Source of the DNA: Isurus oxyrinchus
Taxonomy: Eukaryota
Assembly (NCBI GenBank): GCA_026770705.1
Contig: JANJGN010000052.1
Location: 496,001 to 560,000, forward strand
Direction of reading: 5' to 3'
DNA: 64,000 nucleotides
The notes under the pieces are model-generated. The model saw only the letters and a list, made by a program, of their open reading frames with translations. It had not been told where the DNA came from and made no database searches. Below, piece after piece: positions 12,451 to 24,800 of the stretch. Position 1 is the first letter of the stretch. Every line of letters starts with the position of its first letter. The translations under genes were made by a program, and so were the position numbers.

Positions 12451-15400
12451 CTAGAGAACACACAGAAAGAAATCATCACTGACTCTCCGCTTTCAATCTC
12501 TCACTCTGGCTGAACAATCAAGCTTCATATCACTGCAACATTTGCTGTAATATTGACCCATCCACTGGGATTCAATGTGGAACGAATGTTTTCATTGTAA
12601 ACACTCTAAGAGTGGACAATCGGAACTTTCCCCTTAGCGTGGAACATTGGTGAGAATGGATCATTGTGCTGTTGGACTCCCTGTCCAATGTTTCTCTCCA
12701 TCGCTGTGTACAGGATTGTGCTGTAGAAAATTCTGGAAACGTTTAGTGCAGGGTGGAAATCCATCTCGGACGCGTTTGCGAATCGGGCAGAATCGAGATG
12801 GACTCCCCCACGGACTTACACCCCCCGCTTAATAAACAGTTCCAATCTTTACCCAGAGAGAGGGGAGAATGTGGAACTCACTCCCACAGGGAGTGGTTGA
12901 GGTGAACAGTATCGATGTATTTAAGGGGCAGGAGGGTCGGTAACCAGAGGGACACAGATTGACCAACTGGAGGGGGAGATGAGGAGAATTTGTTTTGACA
13001 GAGCGAGTTGTTGTGATCTGGAAGGTGCTGCCTGAAAGGGCGGTGGAAGCAGATTCAATAGGAACTTTCAAAAGGGAAATTGGATAAACACTTGAAGGAG
13101 GAAGATGGGGTAAAGTGGAGTGGTGGTTAGTGGATCTGATTGGATAGAACATTGAAAGACCTGGCACAGCCTCAATGGGCTGAATGGCCTCCTCCTGTGC
13201 TGTATCATTCTCCGCTTCCATGATCTCTCCCCCAGTCAGTAACCATTCCAGATCCCTCTTGAAGGCGACAGAGAAACAGGAACTACCACACCCACTGACA
13301 GCACATTCTCAAGGATCCCTACTCTCTGGGAAAAGATGAACTCCCCAACATCCAGCCTATTCCTGCTTCCCAGAGAGTGTGAACCCTTCAGGGAGGCACT
13401 GAGGAAGTTTTCAATAAAATGAATTATCAAATCTATCATTTGAGAAATAATTTAATTCTGATGAACTCACAGCTTGTGTAGCAAACTGGGAAGTGGAGTT
13501 GCTTGAAAAGCTGGGAAACACAAGGATTAAGTGCTACAATGCCACCACTGGTGGGAGACTGTAACTACAGTGTGACGTTTACATAGGCAGTCATCATTAT
13601 AAACAGGGGCATTGGACATACTGGGAAATATGTGCACTGGAAAGGTGAGTAAATGATGTAAGATTTTCACCAGCAGGAATTCTCTAACTAAACCTCTCCA
13701 CCTCTCTCTTACTCTCAGATACACAAACAAAATCACACAGAATCAGATAAGGAGGAGTTGGGGCCGGTGATTGTTCGAAGGGTTAGCTTTCAGGAAGCTT
13801 CTTAAAGGGAGAGAGAGAGTTGGAGAGGCAGAGAGTATCTGTGAGTGTCTCTATGCATCTGAGTGTCTGTAATAGACTTTGTAATTTCCATATTCTTCCA
13901 TAAACATGATTGGGAACACAAATCCCAGAATCCAGGCCAACTCTCCAGTGCAGTACTCAGGTAAGCCACAGGGGAGTGTGTGCTAGTGTGTTTGTTCGTG
14001 AGTGTGTCTTTGTAATTGCTCATACATGTGTGTCTGCACGTGTCTATTTAGTTCTGTATATTTGTGTGTGTTTGTGTAGTGTTTGAATCTGAGAGAGATG
14101 TTGATGTCTGTGTACACTCACGTTCCACACTGATGGTTATGAACCCCTCCACTGCTCCATGTTCATTCTCTGCCACACACTGATAGTCTCCAGTGTCCCG
14201 ATATGTAATGGGAGGAATCACCAACCACAGCTCATTGTTGGAACTTGTTCTGTTCATTTGGACATTAAGATGTCAGGGCAGGAATCAAGAAGCCCGTTCG
14301 CAGGATTACCAACAGAAAGTGAACCACAATTTATACTTAATGGGAAGACGCTATAGGAATGCACATCCTTCTTTTGTCAAATTGTTAGACATTTAAAAAG
14401 CATTAGGTAGACTAATGGGAGTGGATAACCTGATAACATTGATGGACACAGTGAATACATTTAATCATTGATATTAAAGTGAGTATTAGAGGTTGCTTTA
14501 GGACTGAACTGGAAGCTATCACCAGGTTATTGAGAATCAGATAGCAAGTTATAATAAGCTGCGTTTTGTGTTAATATGTAAACGTCACAGTTTGTGTTAT
14601 CTCCCATTGAGTGTTGAATGTGAATTGTTGAGTAATTATAACACAGCACTTACCAGAAACGTGAAGCTGGGTTACAGGATAATAGTTGTATCTATTCCTG
14701 CTGTCAAATTCTATTCTGAAAAAATAAGGTCCTGCATCTTCCCGTCTGATGTTGTTTATAATCAGGGAACAGTCGCCATCTTTCAGGTCTCCAGACAGCC
14801 GGGTCCGATGGTGGAATCTTTGATCCCTGTGACTGTGACCTTCGGAATGAAAGGCTATAGACCATTTCGGCTGTGGGTTCCCATCTATTCCTTTCAAGCA
14901 GATTCCGACACGTGATCTCCCTATGAAATTTGATAAGTAACTGTAATGACATGGAATCTGTACACACGAACCATCCTGCGCTGTCACCTCTCGTGAAGTG
15001 TCGCCTTTTCAATCTTGTGACAGTCCAAATATGGAGAGAAATGTCAATATTTAACTCTGGAAGGTTTGTAGATCCACTAGACTCGATATCCACCCCCTCC
15101 ATCACTGGGGCACAGTGGCTGCTGTGTGGACCATCTACAGGACACACAAGGAACTCCCCAAGGTTTCACAATGGAGGGAAGAGAATCCTGGACACAGGAG
15201 TGGACAAGTTCATTCTACATTGGCTCATGGTCCTCAGGACCCTGTTTAGTGAAGCCAGTCTTCCACCCAACACAGTGTCTACAAGATACACAGGGAAACT
15301 GTGTAAACATCTCATCTCTCTACACTGACTGGTTTGAGCTTCAGTTTAACTTTCAGTATTTTTAAATTTCCATATTGTGGTTGCTATGGTGAAACTGTGC

Positions 15401-15771
15401 AGGAAGTGCGAGGGCTGGACTCTCTGTCTATTCTCACTGCAGCTGTGATGTGGTCGTGGTGATTCTCAGTAAAATGAAACCCTCTGATCTCCTCCATCCC
15501 CGAGGTTTAGCGAGTGAATTCCAGAGCTCAGGCCCCAGGCAGCTGAAGGCCCGGCCGCCAGTATTGGAGTGATGGGAATCGAGGGATGGTCAAGAGGCCG
15601 GAATTGGAGTAACACAGAGATCTGGGAAGTTGTTTGGGTGAGTTGCAGGAGGTTACAGAGATAAAGAGATAAGAATGATCTTTTACAAAGACTGTTAAAC
15701 ATAAATCTGTCCGAGCTGACGATGATATTACCTTGGAGAAGTTACAGGAGGAAGTAAGATTTCACGATCAT
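12311..15771 (-). pseudogene. Siglec-like pseudogene B (activating type): leader 15732-15771, V 14654-15028, truncated C2 14122-14274, TM exon 12311-12450
   Basis: In-frame TAA in the leader; V acceptor AG>AT; TGA at 15009-15011; conserved Trp>Cys; first C2 exon and half of the second deleted. Confidence 0.85.
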
Positions 15772-16221
15772 TGTCCACTCCCAGATATTCCATCCACTTC
15801 TCACTCTCAAACTGTGAAAGAGAAAGGAGTTAATGAGACCTCACCTCTTGTCCGACAGCTCTCGAGAGATCAGAACTGCTTTTAGACAATGTCTTCACAG
15901 ACTAATTTGATTCTCTGTGGGATGATAGGTGCTCTGCAGAGAGTTACAAGTGTTTAAGTAAGACAAACAATGATTGATTTGCATTTCTATAGCACCTTTC
16001 ACTATCTCAGGACATCCCAAAGCTCATGTCTCTGCACTTCCCTCATCCTTTGAGCTAGAAAGATGTTCTGTACAACAGACTTGAGTCTCACACCCAGAAT
16101 TCAATAATCAGTAAAAATCTTTCAAAGGCATCAATCATTGGAATCTGTCTTTATAAAGTCACAACATCAACAAAGGACGGTGTTGGTGGTGGAAGTGAAT
16201 TCCAATCGTTCCGTTACTTAC

Positions 16222-16365
16222 CCAGGACCTGTCCGACTGCTCGCCTGGGGAGGAACTGCCCACACGTTCTGCTTGGGCTGAATGACCTCTTCCTGTGCTG
16301 CTCCCTATTTGTGTTTAATTAAAAAGGGTGCATGTGTCACTGTGAGTCAAAATGAGGAAGTGCTT
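16222..16365 (-). promoter_or_regulatory. Exon 1 / promoter module of gene B (TGAGTCA 16343-16349, GAGGAAGTG 16354-16362)
   Basis: Paralog of 9492-9635, with AP-1 and ETS consensus matches. Confidence 0.5.
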
Positions 16366-16469
16366 GGTACCAAGTGAGAAAGCAACTCTTTGCCTCGCAC
16401 TGTTAGAAAACTGTTAACCCTTTGCGTGCCAATAATGTGGTTGAAGGGCCATCGACTGTTCATATGCAA

Positions 16470-17445
16470 CAAGCTCGAGGGTTTGAATGGGCCTCCTCCT
16501 GTTCCTGTGTAACAGGCTCGAGGGGTCTAAATGTGCCTCCTCCTGTTCCAGTGTGACATGATTGTGTGGCTGATTAAGCCTCCCCCTGTTCCTGTGTAAC
16601 AGTCTTTGGCAGGGCTGAATGTGCCTCCTCCTGTTCCTGTGTAACAGGCTCAAGGGGACAGAATGGGCCTCCTCCTGTTCCTGTGTAACAGGCTCGAGGG
16701 AACAGAATGGGCCTCCTCCTTTTCCTGTGTAACAGGCACGAGGGACTGAATGGGTTTCCTATTCCTGTGGAAGTGGGTTGAGAGACTGAATGTCCTCTTC
16801 CTGTTCCTGGGTAACAGGCTTGAGGAGCTGAGACTCTCTCCTGTTCCTGTGGAAGGGTGTTGAGGGACTGAATGTCCTTTTCCTGTTCCTGTATAATAGG
16901 CTCAAGAGGCTGATGGGCTTTCTCCTGTCCTCATGTAACAGGCTTGAGTGGCTGAATGGTCTTCCTCCTGTTCCTGTGTAACAGGCTTGAGGGAATGAAT
17001 GGGCCTCCTCCTGTTCCTGTGTAACAAGCTCGAGGGGGCTGAATGGGCCTCCTCCTGTACCTGTGTAACAGGCTCGAGGGAATGAATGGGCCTCCTCCTG
17101 TTCCTGTGTAACAGGTTCGAGGGGGCTGAATGGCCTCCTGCTGTTCCTGTGTAACAGGATCAAGAGGCTGAATGGGCCTCTTCCTGTTCCTGTGTAACAG
17201 GTTCGAGGGGGCTGAATGGGCCTCCTCCTGTTCCTGTGTAACAAGCTTGAGGGGCTGAATGGCCTCCTCCTGTTCCTGTGTAACAGGCTCGAGGGGGCTG
17301 AATGGGCCTCCTCCTGTTCCTGTGTAACAGGCTCGAGGGGCTGAATGTGCCTCCTCCTGTTCCTGTGTAACAGGCTCGAGGGGGCTGAATGGCCTCCTGC
17401 TGTTCCTGTGTAACAGGATCAAGAGGCTGAATGTCCTCCTGTCAT
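16470..17445 (+). repeat. ~43-bp minisatellite (aggctcgaggggctgaatgggcctcctcctgttcctgtgtaac)
   Basis: About 20 tandem units; the unit resembles the CR1 3' tail at ~1434-1470. Confidence 0.9.
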
Positions 17446-17449
17446 TAAA

Positions 17450-17660
17450 AATAAATACTGCAGATGCTGTAAATCTGAAATAAAAACAGAAAATGCTGCA
17501 TTAACTCAGCAGGTCTGGTAGCAGCTGTGGAGAGAGAAACAGACTTCTTGCTTATAGACTCTGAAGAAGGGTCATAAGGACACAAAATGCTAATTCTGTT
17601 TATCTCTGCACAGATGCTGCCAGACCTACTCAGTTTCTCCAGCATTTTCTGTTTTTGTAT
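17450..17660. mobile_element. Short foldback (inverted-repeat) element; relatives at 47060-47260 and a half copy at 28525-28660
   Basis: aaaacagaaaatgctg..ctcagcaggtctgg is mirrored by ccagacctactcag..cagcattttctgttttt. Confidence 0.65.
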
Positions 17661-18778
17661 CAGGTGCCCTCTTGTTCCTGTGTAGCAGGTTCGAGGGGGC
17701 TGAATGACCTCCTCCTGTTCCGAGTCAATGGGCAGTCAAAGAATGTCTGATTTTGGACCTCAAACCCAATTCTGTCCTCAGGACATTGACAGATGGAGAG
17801 ACCAGTTACAGGTTAATGCCGGAGGATTATTTATTTTCCCAATCTTTTATCCAAGTATCTCATCAAACACAGAGCAGAACCAGGATCAAGGATGTTGGTC
17901 TCTGTGATCTGTAACACATCGCACAGTCCACCCATCCACTCAGCCTTCAGGATGGATGCTTATTGTACTCTCCAAGTGTGAAAGACTAAAATGATGGTTT
18001 ATTTTGCAGCTATATCTCATTCTGTTGTCAAAGCTGTCTCATCCATCCATGACATATTGAAGAAGGTAAACCTGCAACCAATTTTTCACATCATAATTTC
18101 CTATGTTCATTGGCAACATCAATGTAAACATGTCACGCTGAAATGATGTCCTGCCACCAGTGGTGGCACTGTAGCACATCTGTTATCCTCTGAGCTGCAG
18201 AGAATTTCTCAAATCTCCAATCAAATTGTTTCCCTGTTTCCGGGATTGCTGATGGTTTTGCTCTTTAACGATGAAGTGTGAAATCCAAATATATATCTGA
18301 AAATACATTTGACTACAAAATGCTGAGTAAATTTTACCAATCTCTTCTGCTCCAATTATCCACCGATCCTGCATTCCCTGAAGTCTACACTGGCTGATGA
18401 ATATTCTGTAAACACTGACAGACAGGAAGGTGAATAACAGAATGAAAATTAACTCATAATCAAGGACACGGGATTGAATTTGTCCGTTCTGTCCTGGTAC
18501 ATCATCGAACGATATCTAAAGACATTTACAATCAGATTGGAGAGAAGGATGTTTCCAACAGTGAGGGACAATTCTGAAGGAGGATGTTCGAATTGAAACC
18601 GACAGACAATCATCCTGGATAGATCATTCCAAAGAAATTCCATCACATTGTAACAAGAGGTTTAAATCCATTTCCTGGGAGTGAGTTCCTGTGGATATTA
18701 GGAAGGTAAATTGGAGTTTTGAATGATTCTCCCGTTCTGTATTCTCCCCACACTGTGTGTGTCTCATTCTTGCTCAGT

Positions 18779-18895
18779 TTATAAATTCCCATAAACAGAA
18801 TCCTTGGCAAAATCACAGTTTGCGTAAAGATCATCATCTGTATCAGGATTGACTCCGCGGTTAGATTTCATTTCCAGATCCTTCTCAATTTTCTT
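18779..18895 (-). CDS. Terminal cytoplasmic exon with ITIM
   Basis: Acceptor tttctattacag; KKIEKDLEMKSNRGVNPDTDDDLYANCDFAKDSVYGNL*. SVYGNL fits (I/V/L/S)xYxx(L/V). AATAAA at 17830-17835 (minus). Confidence 0.8.
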   Translation of the reverse strand, partial: KKIEKDLEMKSNRGVNPDTDDDLYANCDFAKDSVYGNL

Positions 18896-21800
18896 CTGTA
18901 ATAGAAACAGAAATGATCAGAGTGACAATCAGAGTGATCAGTGTTTAGTATTATTGATCCAAATCGAAAATTCCACCCACAATACATACATTAATTATTG
19001 ACACTGAACAGGGTTTGATTATTGATACTGAACGGGGTTTGATTATTGATTCTGAAGAGGGTTTGATTATTGATACTGAACAGGGTTTGATTATTGATAC
19101 TGAATGGAGTTTGATTATTGATTCTGAACGGGGTTTGATTATTTATTCTGAACGGGGTTTGATTATTGATACTGAACGGGGTTTGATTATTGATACTGAA
19201 CGGGGTTTGATTATTGATTCTGAACGGTGTTTGATTATTGATTCTGAACGGGGTTTGATTATTGATACTGAACGGGGTTTGATTATTGATTCTGAACGGG
19301 TTTTGATTATTGATTCTGAACAGTGTTGGGTGTGAGTTTGGTTGGGTTTAAGAGTGACTGTATATAACATTGCAGATACAGGACTGGAGCAGCCATATCA
19401 ATAACCAGGCTACTGGAGCAGCTGAGAGGCTGGGGATCCTGTGGTGTGTGACTCACCTGATTCCTCAAAGCCCAACCACGCTCACAGTTTTCATAAACAG
19501 GACCTCGATATTCATCAACACGGTGGTTCGATTTGATTCCTGCTTTCCCCTCGCCTCTCTTCTGTAATAGAGATGGAAATGGACAGAGTGACAATCAACA
19601 TGATGTGTATTCGGTGTTGGGTTTGATTATTGGGGAGAGAGTTCCAGATTTCCACTCCCCTTTGTGTGAAGAAGTGCTTCCTGACATCACCCCTGAATGG
19701 CCTGGCTCCAATCTGAAGTTCCGGCCCCCTTGTTCTGGACTCCACCCGACCCCCACCACCCACCCCCACCCGAGGGAATAGCTTCTCTCTATCGACCCTA
19801 TCGAGTGTTTAATCAGTTTGAACCCCTCAATTAGATCCCTCCTTAATCTTCTAGACCCGAGGGAATATAATCGTAGACTGTGTGTAACCTGTCTGCATAA
19901 TTTAACCAGAAAGATGTTCTGTACAACAGACTTGAGTCTCACACCCAGATCTCAATAATCAGTAGAAATCTTTCAAAGGCATCAATCATTGGAATCTGTC
20001 TTTATAAAGTCACAACATCAACAAAGGATGGTGTTGGTGGTGGAAATGAATTCCAATCGTTCCATTACTTACCCAGGACCTGTCTGACTGCTTGCCTGGG
20101 GAGGAACTGCCCATACGCTCTGCTTGGGCTGAATGACCTCTTCCTGTGCTGCTCCCTCTGTGTATTTAATGAGAAAGGGTTGATGTGTCTCTGTGAGTCA
20201 AATCAGAAATTGGGGAACAATTCTGAAAACCCTTTCATTGAAACGTAGGGCCTTAGTGTTGTGTTGTAAACAAACTGTTAACCCTTTGTGTCCTGACTCT
20301 GTGACGTGATTCCTGTGTAAAGCTGAGCAGTCGTTGAGCGAGTTTCAATTCACTGCTCACTCCAGGTGTTGAGGTGGATCTTCTGAAGGAGCAGATGTTG
20401 CTCAGCGCTCCTTAAAAATGTGAGATACTGAACATTGTGTCAGAGGACGAGAGAGAGAATGAGAAGGAGAGCATTATTGAAGATTCGAGAGAGAGTGATT
20501 GAGGGAAAGAATGAGAAGGAGAGCATTCGTGGAGATAAGAGCCACAGAGAATGAGAGAGAGAATGAGAAGGAGAGAATTAGTGGAGATTGGAGAGAGAGT
20601 GAATGAGAGAAAGAATGAGAAGGAGAGCATTAGTGGAGATTGGAGAGAGAGTGAATGAGAGAGAGAATGAGAAGGCCAGCATTAGTGGAGATAAGAGAGA
20701 GTGAATGAATCATGGAAAATGGAAAGAGATTGCATTCACTAACAAAAGAAAGGTTTTCATTTATATAGCACCTTTCACATCCTCATTAGGTCACAAGGTA
20801 TCTTATGGTCCGGGTCAACACTGCCTGTTACAGGACTGAGTTGTGAAACATTGAGTGTTGGATGAAATGTTAATCAGTGAGTGAACATCAAAGCTCTTCA
20901 GGGGCTGTGAAGGGTTTTGGGTTGTGAAAGGTGCTATAGAAATGCAAGTTCTTTCTATAAGGAGAGAAGGTTGAAGAAAACATTTTCGAAAACAACCAAT
21001 TAAACCTTCACACTTACTTTCTCACACACTTGAAGATGAAGAATCCACTCAGTCCAACACTCAAACAGATTCCAGCTCCAAGCAATCCTGCTTTCCATTC
21101 ATTGGAATCTCGCCCTGTAAAATCAGCCAATGAATGACTCCGGTACAGTTTGAGAATGGTTCCCTATGTACATGTAGTAATTCTGAACTTGTGAAGTGAT
21201 ATTGTCTATGCATGAAAGGTCTATACAAATAACATTTATCTATGTAATATTTATTGATAATATCCATGTACATGCAGGTTTCTATAAGGAGGATTCACAT
21301 ATAACAGAGGTGCCAAGCTGCTGAGGTGACACACAGGATTACATACATTCCAAACAGCGGAAACAACATGCTATAGACAGAGCAAAGCGATCCCACAACC
21401 AACGATTCAGATCTAAGCTCTGCAGTCCTGCCACATCCAGTCATGAATGGTGATGGACAATTAAAGATCTAACAGGAGGAGGATGTTCCACAAATATCCC
21501 CATCCTTAATGATGCGGGAGCTCAGCACATCAGTGCAAACGACAAGGCTGAAGCATTGGCAACCATGTTCAGCCAGAAGTGCTGAGTGGATGATCCATCT
21601 CGGCCTCCTCCAGAGGGTCCCAGCATCACAGATGTCAGCTTTCAGACAATTCGATTGACTCCACGTGACATCAGCAATCAGCTGATGATACTGGATACAG
21701 CAAAGGCTCTTGGTCCTGGCAACATCCTGGCAACAGGAAATAATGTGGCTACAAGAGCGGGTCAGAGGCTGGGAACTCTGTGGTGAGTAATTCAACTCCT

Positions 21801-24800
21801 GACCACCCAAAGCCTGTCCACCATCGGACAAGGCACAAGTCAGGAGTGTGATGGAATAATCTCCAATTGCCTGAATAAGTGCAGCTCCAACAACACTCAA
21901 GAAGCTCGACACCGTCCAGGAGCAGCTTGTTTGATCGACAGCCCATCCACCAGCATAAACATTCATACCCTCCACCACTGGCACACAATGGCAGCAGTGT
22001 GTGCACCATCTACAAGATGCACTGCAGCAACTCACCAAGGCTCCTTCGACAGCACCTTCCAAACTCTTAACCTCTTCCACTGAGACAGTTCCAAGTCAGT
22101 GAGGTGTGTGATTTGGAAGCGAACTTGAGGTGTTGGTGTGCCCTGGGACTTGGAACTATATCGGACGTTCCTTCACCATCACTGGGACAAAATCCTGGAA
22201 CTCCCTCCCTAACAGCACTGTGGGTGTGCGTACACCACATGGACTGCAGTGGTTAAAGAAGGCAGCTCACCACCACCTTCTCAAGGGGCAGTTACAGATG
22301 CGCAATAATTTCTGGTCTTATCAACAATGCCCACATCCCATGAGCTAATAACAAGAGAACATTCAATTCTGTGTAACTCACGTTCCACAGTGATGTTATA
22401 AATCCCTCCACTGCTCCATGTTCATTCTCTGCCACACACTGATAGTCTCCAGTGTCCCTGGATGTAATGTGAGGAATCACCAACCACAGCTCATTGTTGG
22501 AACTTGTTCTGTTCATTGGGACATTAAGATGTCGCCACGTCAGGTTAGAAGCTGGGAAGCTCTCGACAGAGCAGATTAACACTGTAGAATTCCCCTCAAT
22601 TATATTGATTGATGAAGCGTTAATCATATCAAGAGAATTAATTGAGAGATTCTGTGGTGTGTCTGAAAACAAATAAAGATCAGTTACTTACATTGACTGT
22701 GAAACACTTTGAGAGACACTGAGAATGTGAAAGGTGTGACATCAATGTAGGTTCCTTCACCACAAAGCACTTAATTCAGGCAGACACTTCAGTTCAGTAC
22801 TGAGGGAGTGCTGTACTGTTGGAGGGTCAGTACTGATGGAGTGCTGCACTGTTGGAGGGTCAGTACTGAGGGAGAGCTGCCCCCTTGGAGCGTGAGTACT
22901 GATGACCTGCTGCATTGTTGGAGGGCAGGTACTGTGAAAGCTGCACTGCCGCATAGTCAGTATTGAGCAAGTACTTCACTGTCAGAGAATAGTACTGAGG
23001 GAGTGCTGAACTGTTGGAGGATCAGTACTGAGGGAGTGCTGCACTGTCGGAGGATCAGTACTGATGGACTGGTGCACTGTCGGAGGATCAGTACTGAGGG
23101 AGTGCTGCACTGTCGGAGGGTCAGTACTGATGGAGTGGTGCACTGTCAGAGGGTCAGTACTGAGGGAGTGGTGAACTGTCGGAGGGTCAGTACTGAGGGA
23201 TTGCTGCACTGTTGGAGGGTCAGTACTAGAGGAGTGTTGCACTGTTGGAGGGCCAGTACTGAGGGAGTGCTGCACTTTCGGAGGGTCAGTAATTAGGGAG
23301 CTCTGCACTGTTGGAGGGTCAGTACTGAGGGAGTGCCGCAGTGTCGGAGGGTCAGTACTGAGGGAGTGCTGCACTGTCGGAGGGTTAGTACTGAGGGAGT
23401 GCTGCACTGTCGGAGCGACAGTAATTAAGAAGCTCTGCACTGTTGGAGGGTGATAAGGCCATAAGACCACAAGACGTCAGAGCAGAAGGAGGCCATTCGG
23501 CCAATCAACTCTGCTCCGCCATTCAATGATACCATGGCTGATCTGACAATCCTCAACTCCACTTTCCTGCCTTTTCCCCATAGCCTTTGATTCCCTGACT
23601 GATTAAAAAACTGTGTCTCTCAGCCTTGAAGATAATTAATGACCCAGCCTCTGCAGCTCTCTGTAGTAAATAATTCCACACATTCACTACCCTCTGAGAG
23701 AAGAAACTCCTCATCTCTGTCTTAAATGGGTGACCCCTTACTCTGAGATTATGCCCTCTGGTCCTAGACTCTCCCACAAGGGGAAACAACCTCTCAGCAT
23801 CTACCCTGTCAAGCACCCTAAGAATCTTATATGTTTCAATAAGGTCAGCTCTCATTCTCCTAAACTCCAATGAGTACAGGCCCATCCTACTCAACCTCTC
23901 CTCATATGAAAATCCCTCCATTACTGGGATCAACCTAGTGAACCTTCTCTGGACTGCCTCCAATGCCAGTACATCTTTCCTTAGATAAGGGAACCAAAAC
24001 TGCGCACAGTATTCTAGGTGTGGTCTAACTAGTGCCATGCATAGTTTTAGCAAGACTTCCCTATTTTTATACTCCATTCCTTTTGAAATAAAGGCCAACA
24101 TTCCACCTGCCTTCCCTATTAACTGTTGAACTTGTATGTTATCTTTCTGATGACCCCCAAATTCCTCTATGCTTCAGCTTTCCAATGTCTTTCTCCATTG
24201 AAATAATATTCAGCTCCTCTATACATCCTGCCACAGTGCAGCAGCTCACATTTTCCCACATTATATTCCATCTGCCAAGTTGATGCCCACTCACTGAACC
24301 TGTCTATGTCCCTCTGTAGACTCTTCGTGACACCCTCACCGCTTGCCTTCCCATCTATTTTTGTGTCATCCACAAACTTGGTGATAGTACATTAAATTCC
24401 CTCATCCAAGTCATTAATTATATATTGTAAATAATTGTGGCCCCAGTACTGATCCCTGTGGCAATCCACAGGTTGCCATCCTGAAAATGCCCCCCTTATC
24501 CCAACTCTCTGACTTCAATTAGTTCGCCGATCCTCTATCCATGCTAATATACTGCCCCCAACACCATGGGCTCTTATCTTATTAAGTAGCCTTATATGTG
24601 GTACTTTACTGAATGCCTTTTGGAAATCCAAACATATTACATCTACTGGTTCCCCTTTATCTATCCTGTTTGTTACCTCCTCAAAGAATTCTAATAAATT
24701 TGTCATGCATGATTTCCCCTTCATGAAGCCTGTGTGTGATTAAATTATGCATTTCTAAATAGTCTGCTATTACATCCTTTATAATGGACTCTAACATGTT

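Noticed and set aside
20361-20410. Candidate juxtamembrane exon of gene C (ttttaag acceptor, gtgagc donor)
   Set aside because: Its 50 nt give phase 2 to 1, which does not join the phase-0 tail exon; read-through hits a stop. Not supportable without transcripts.
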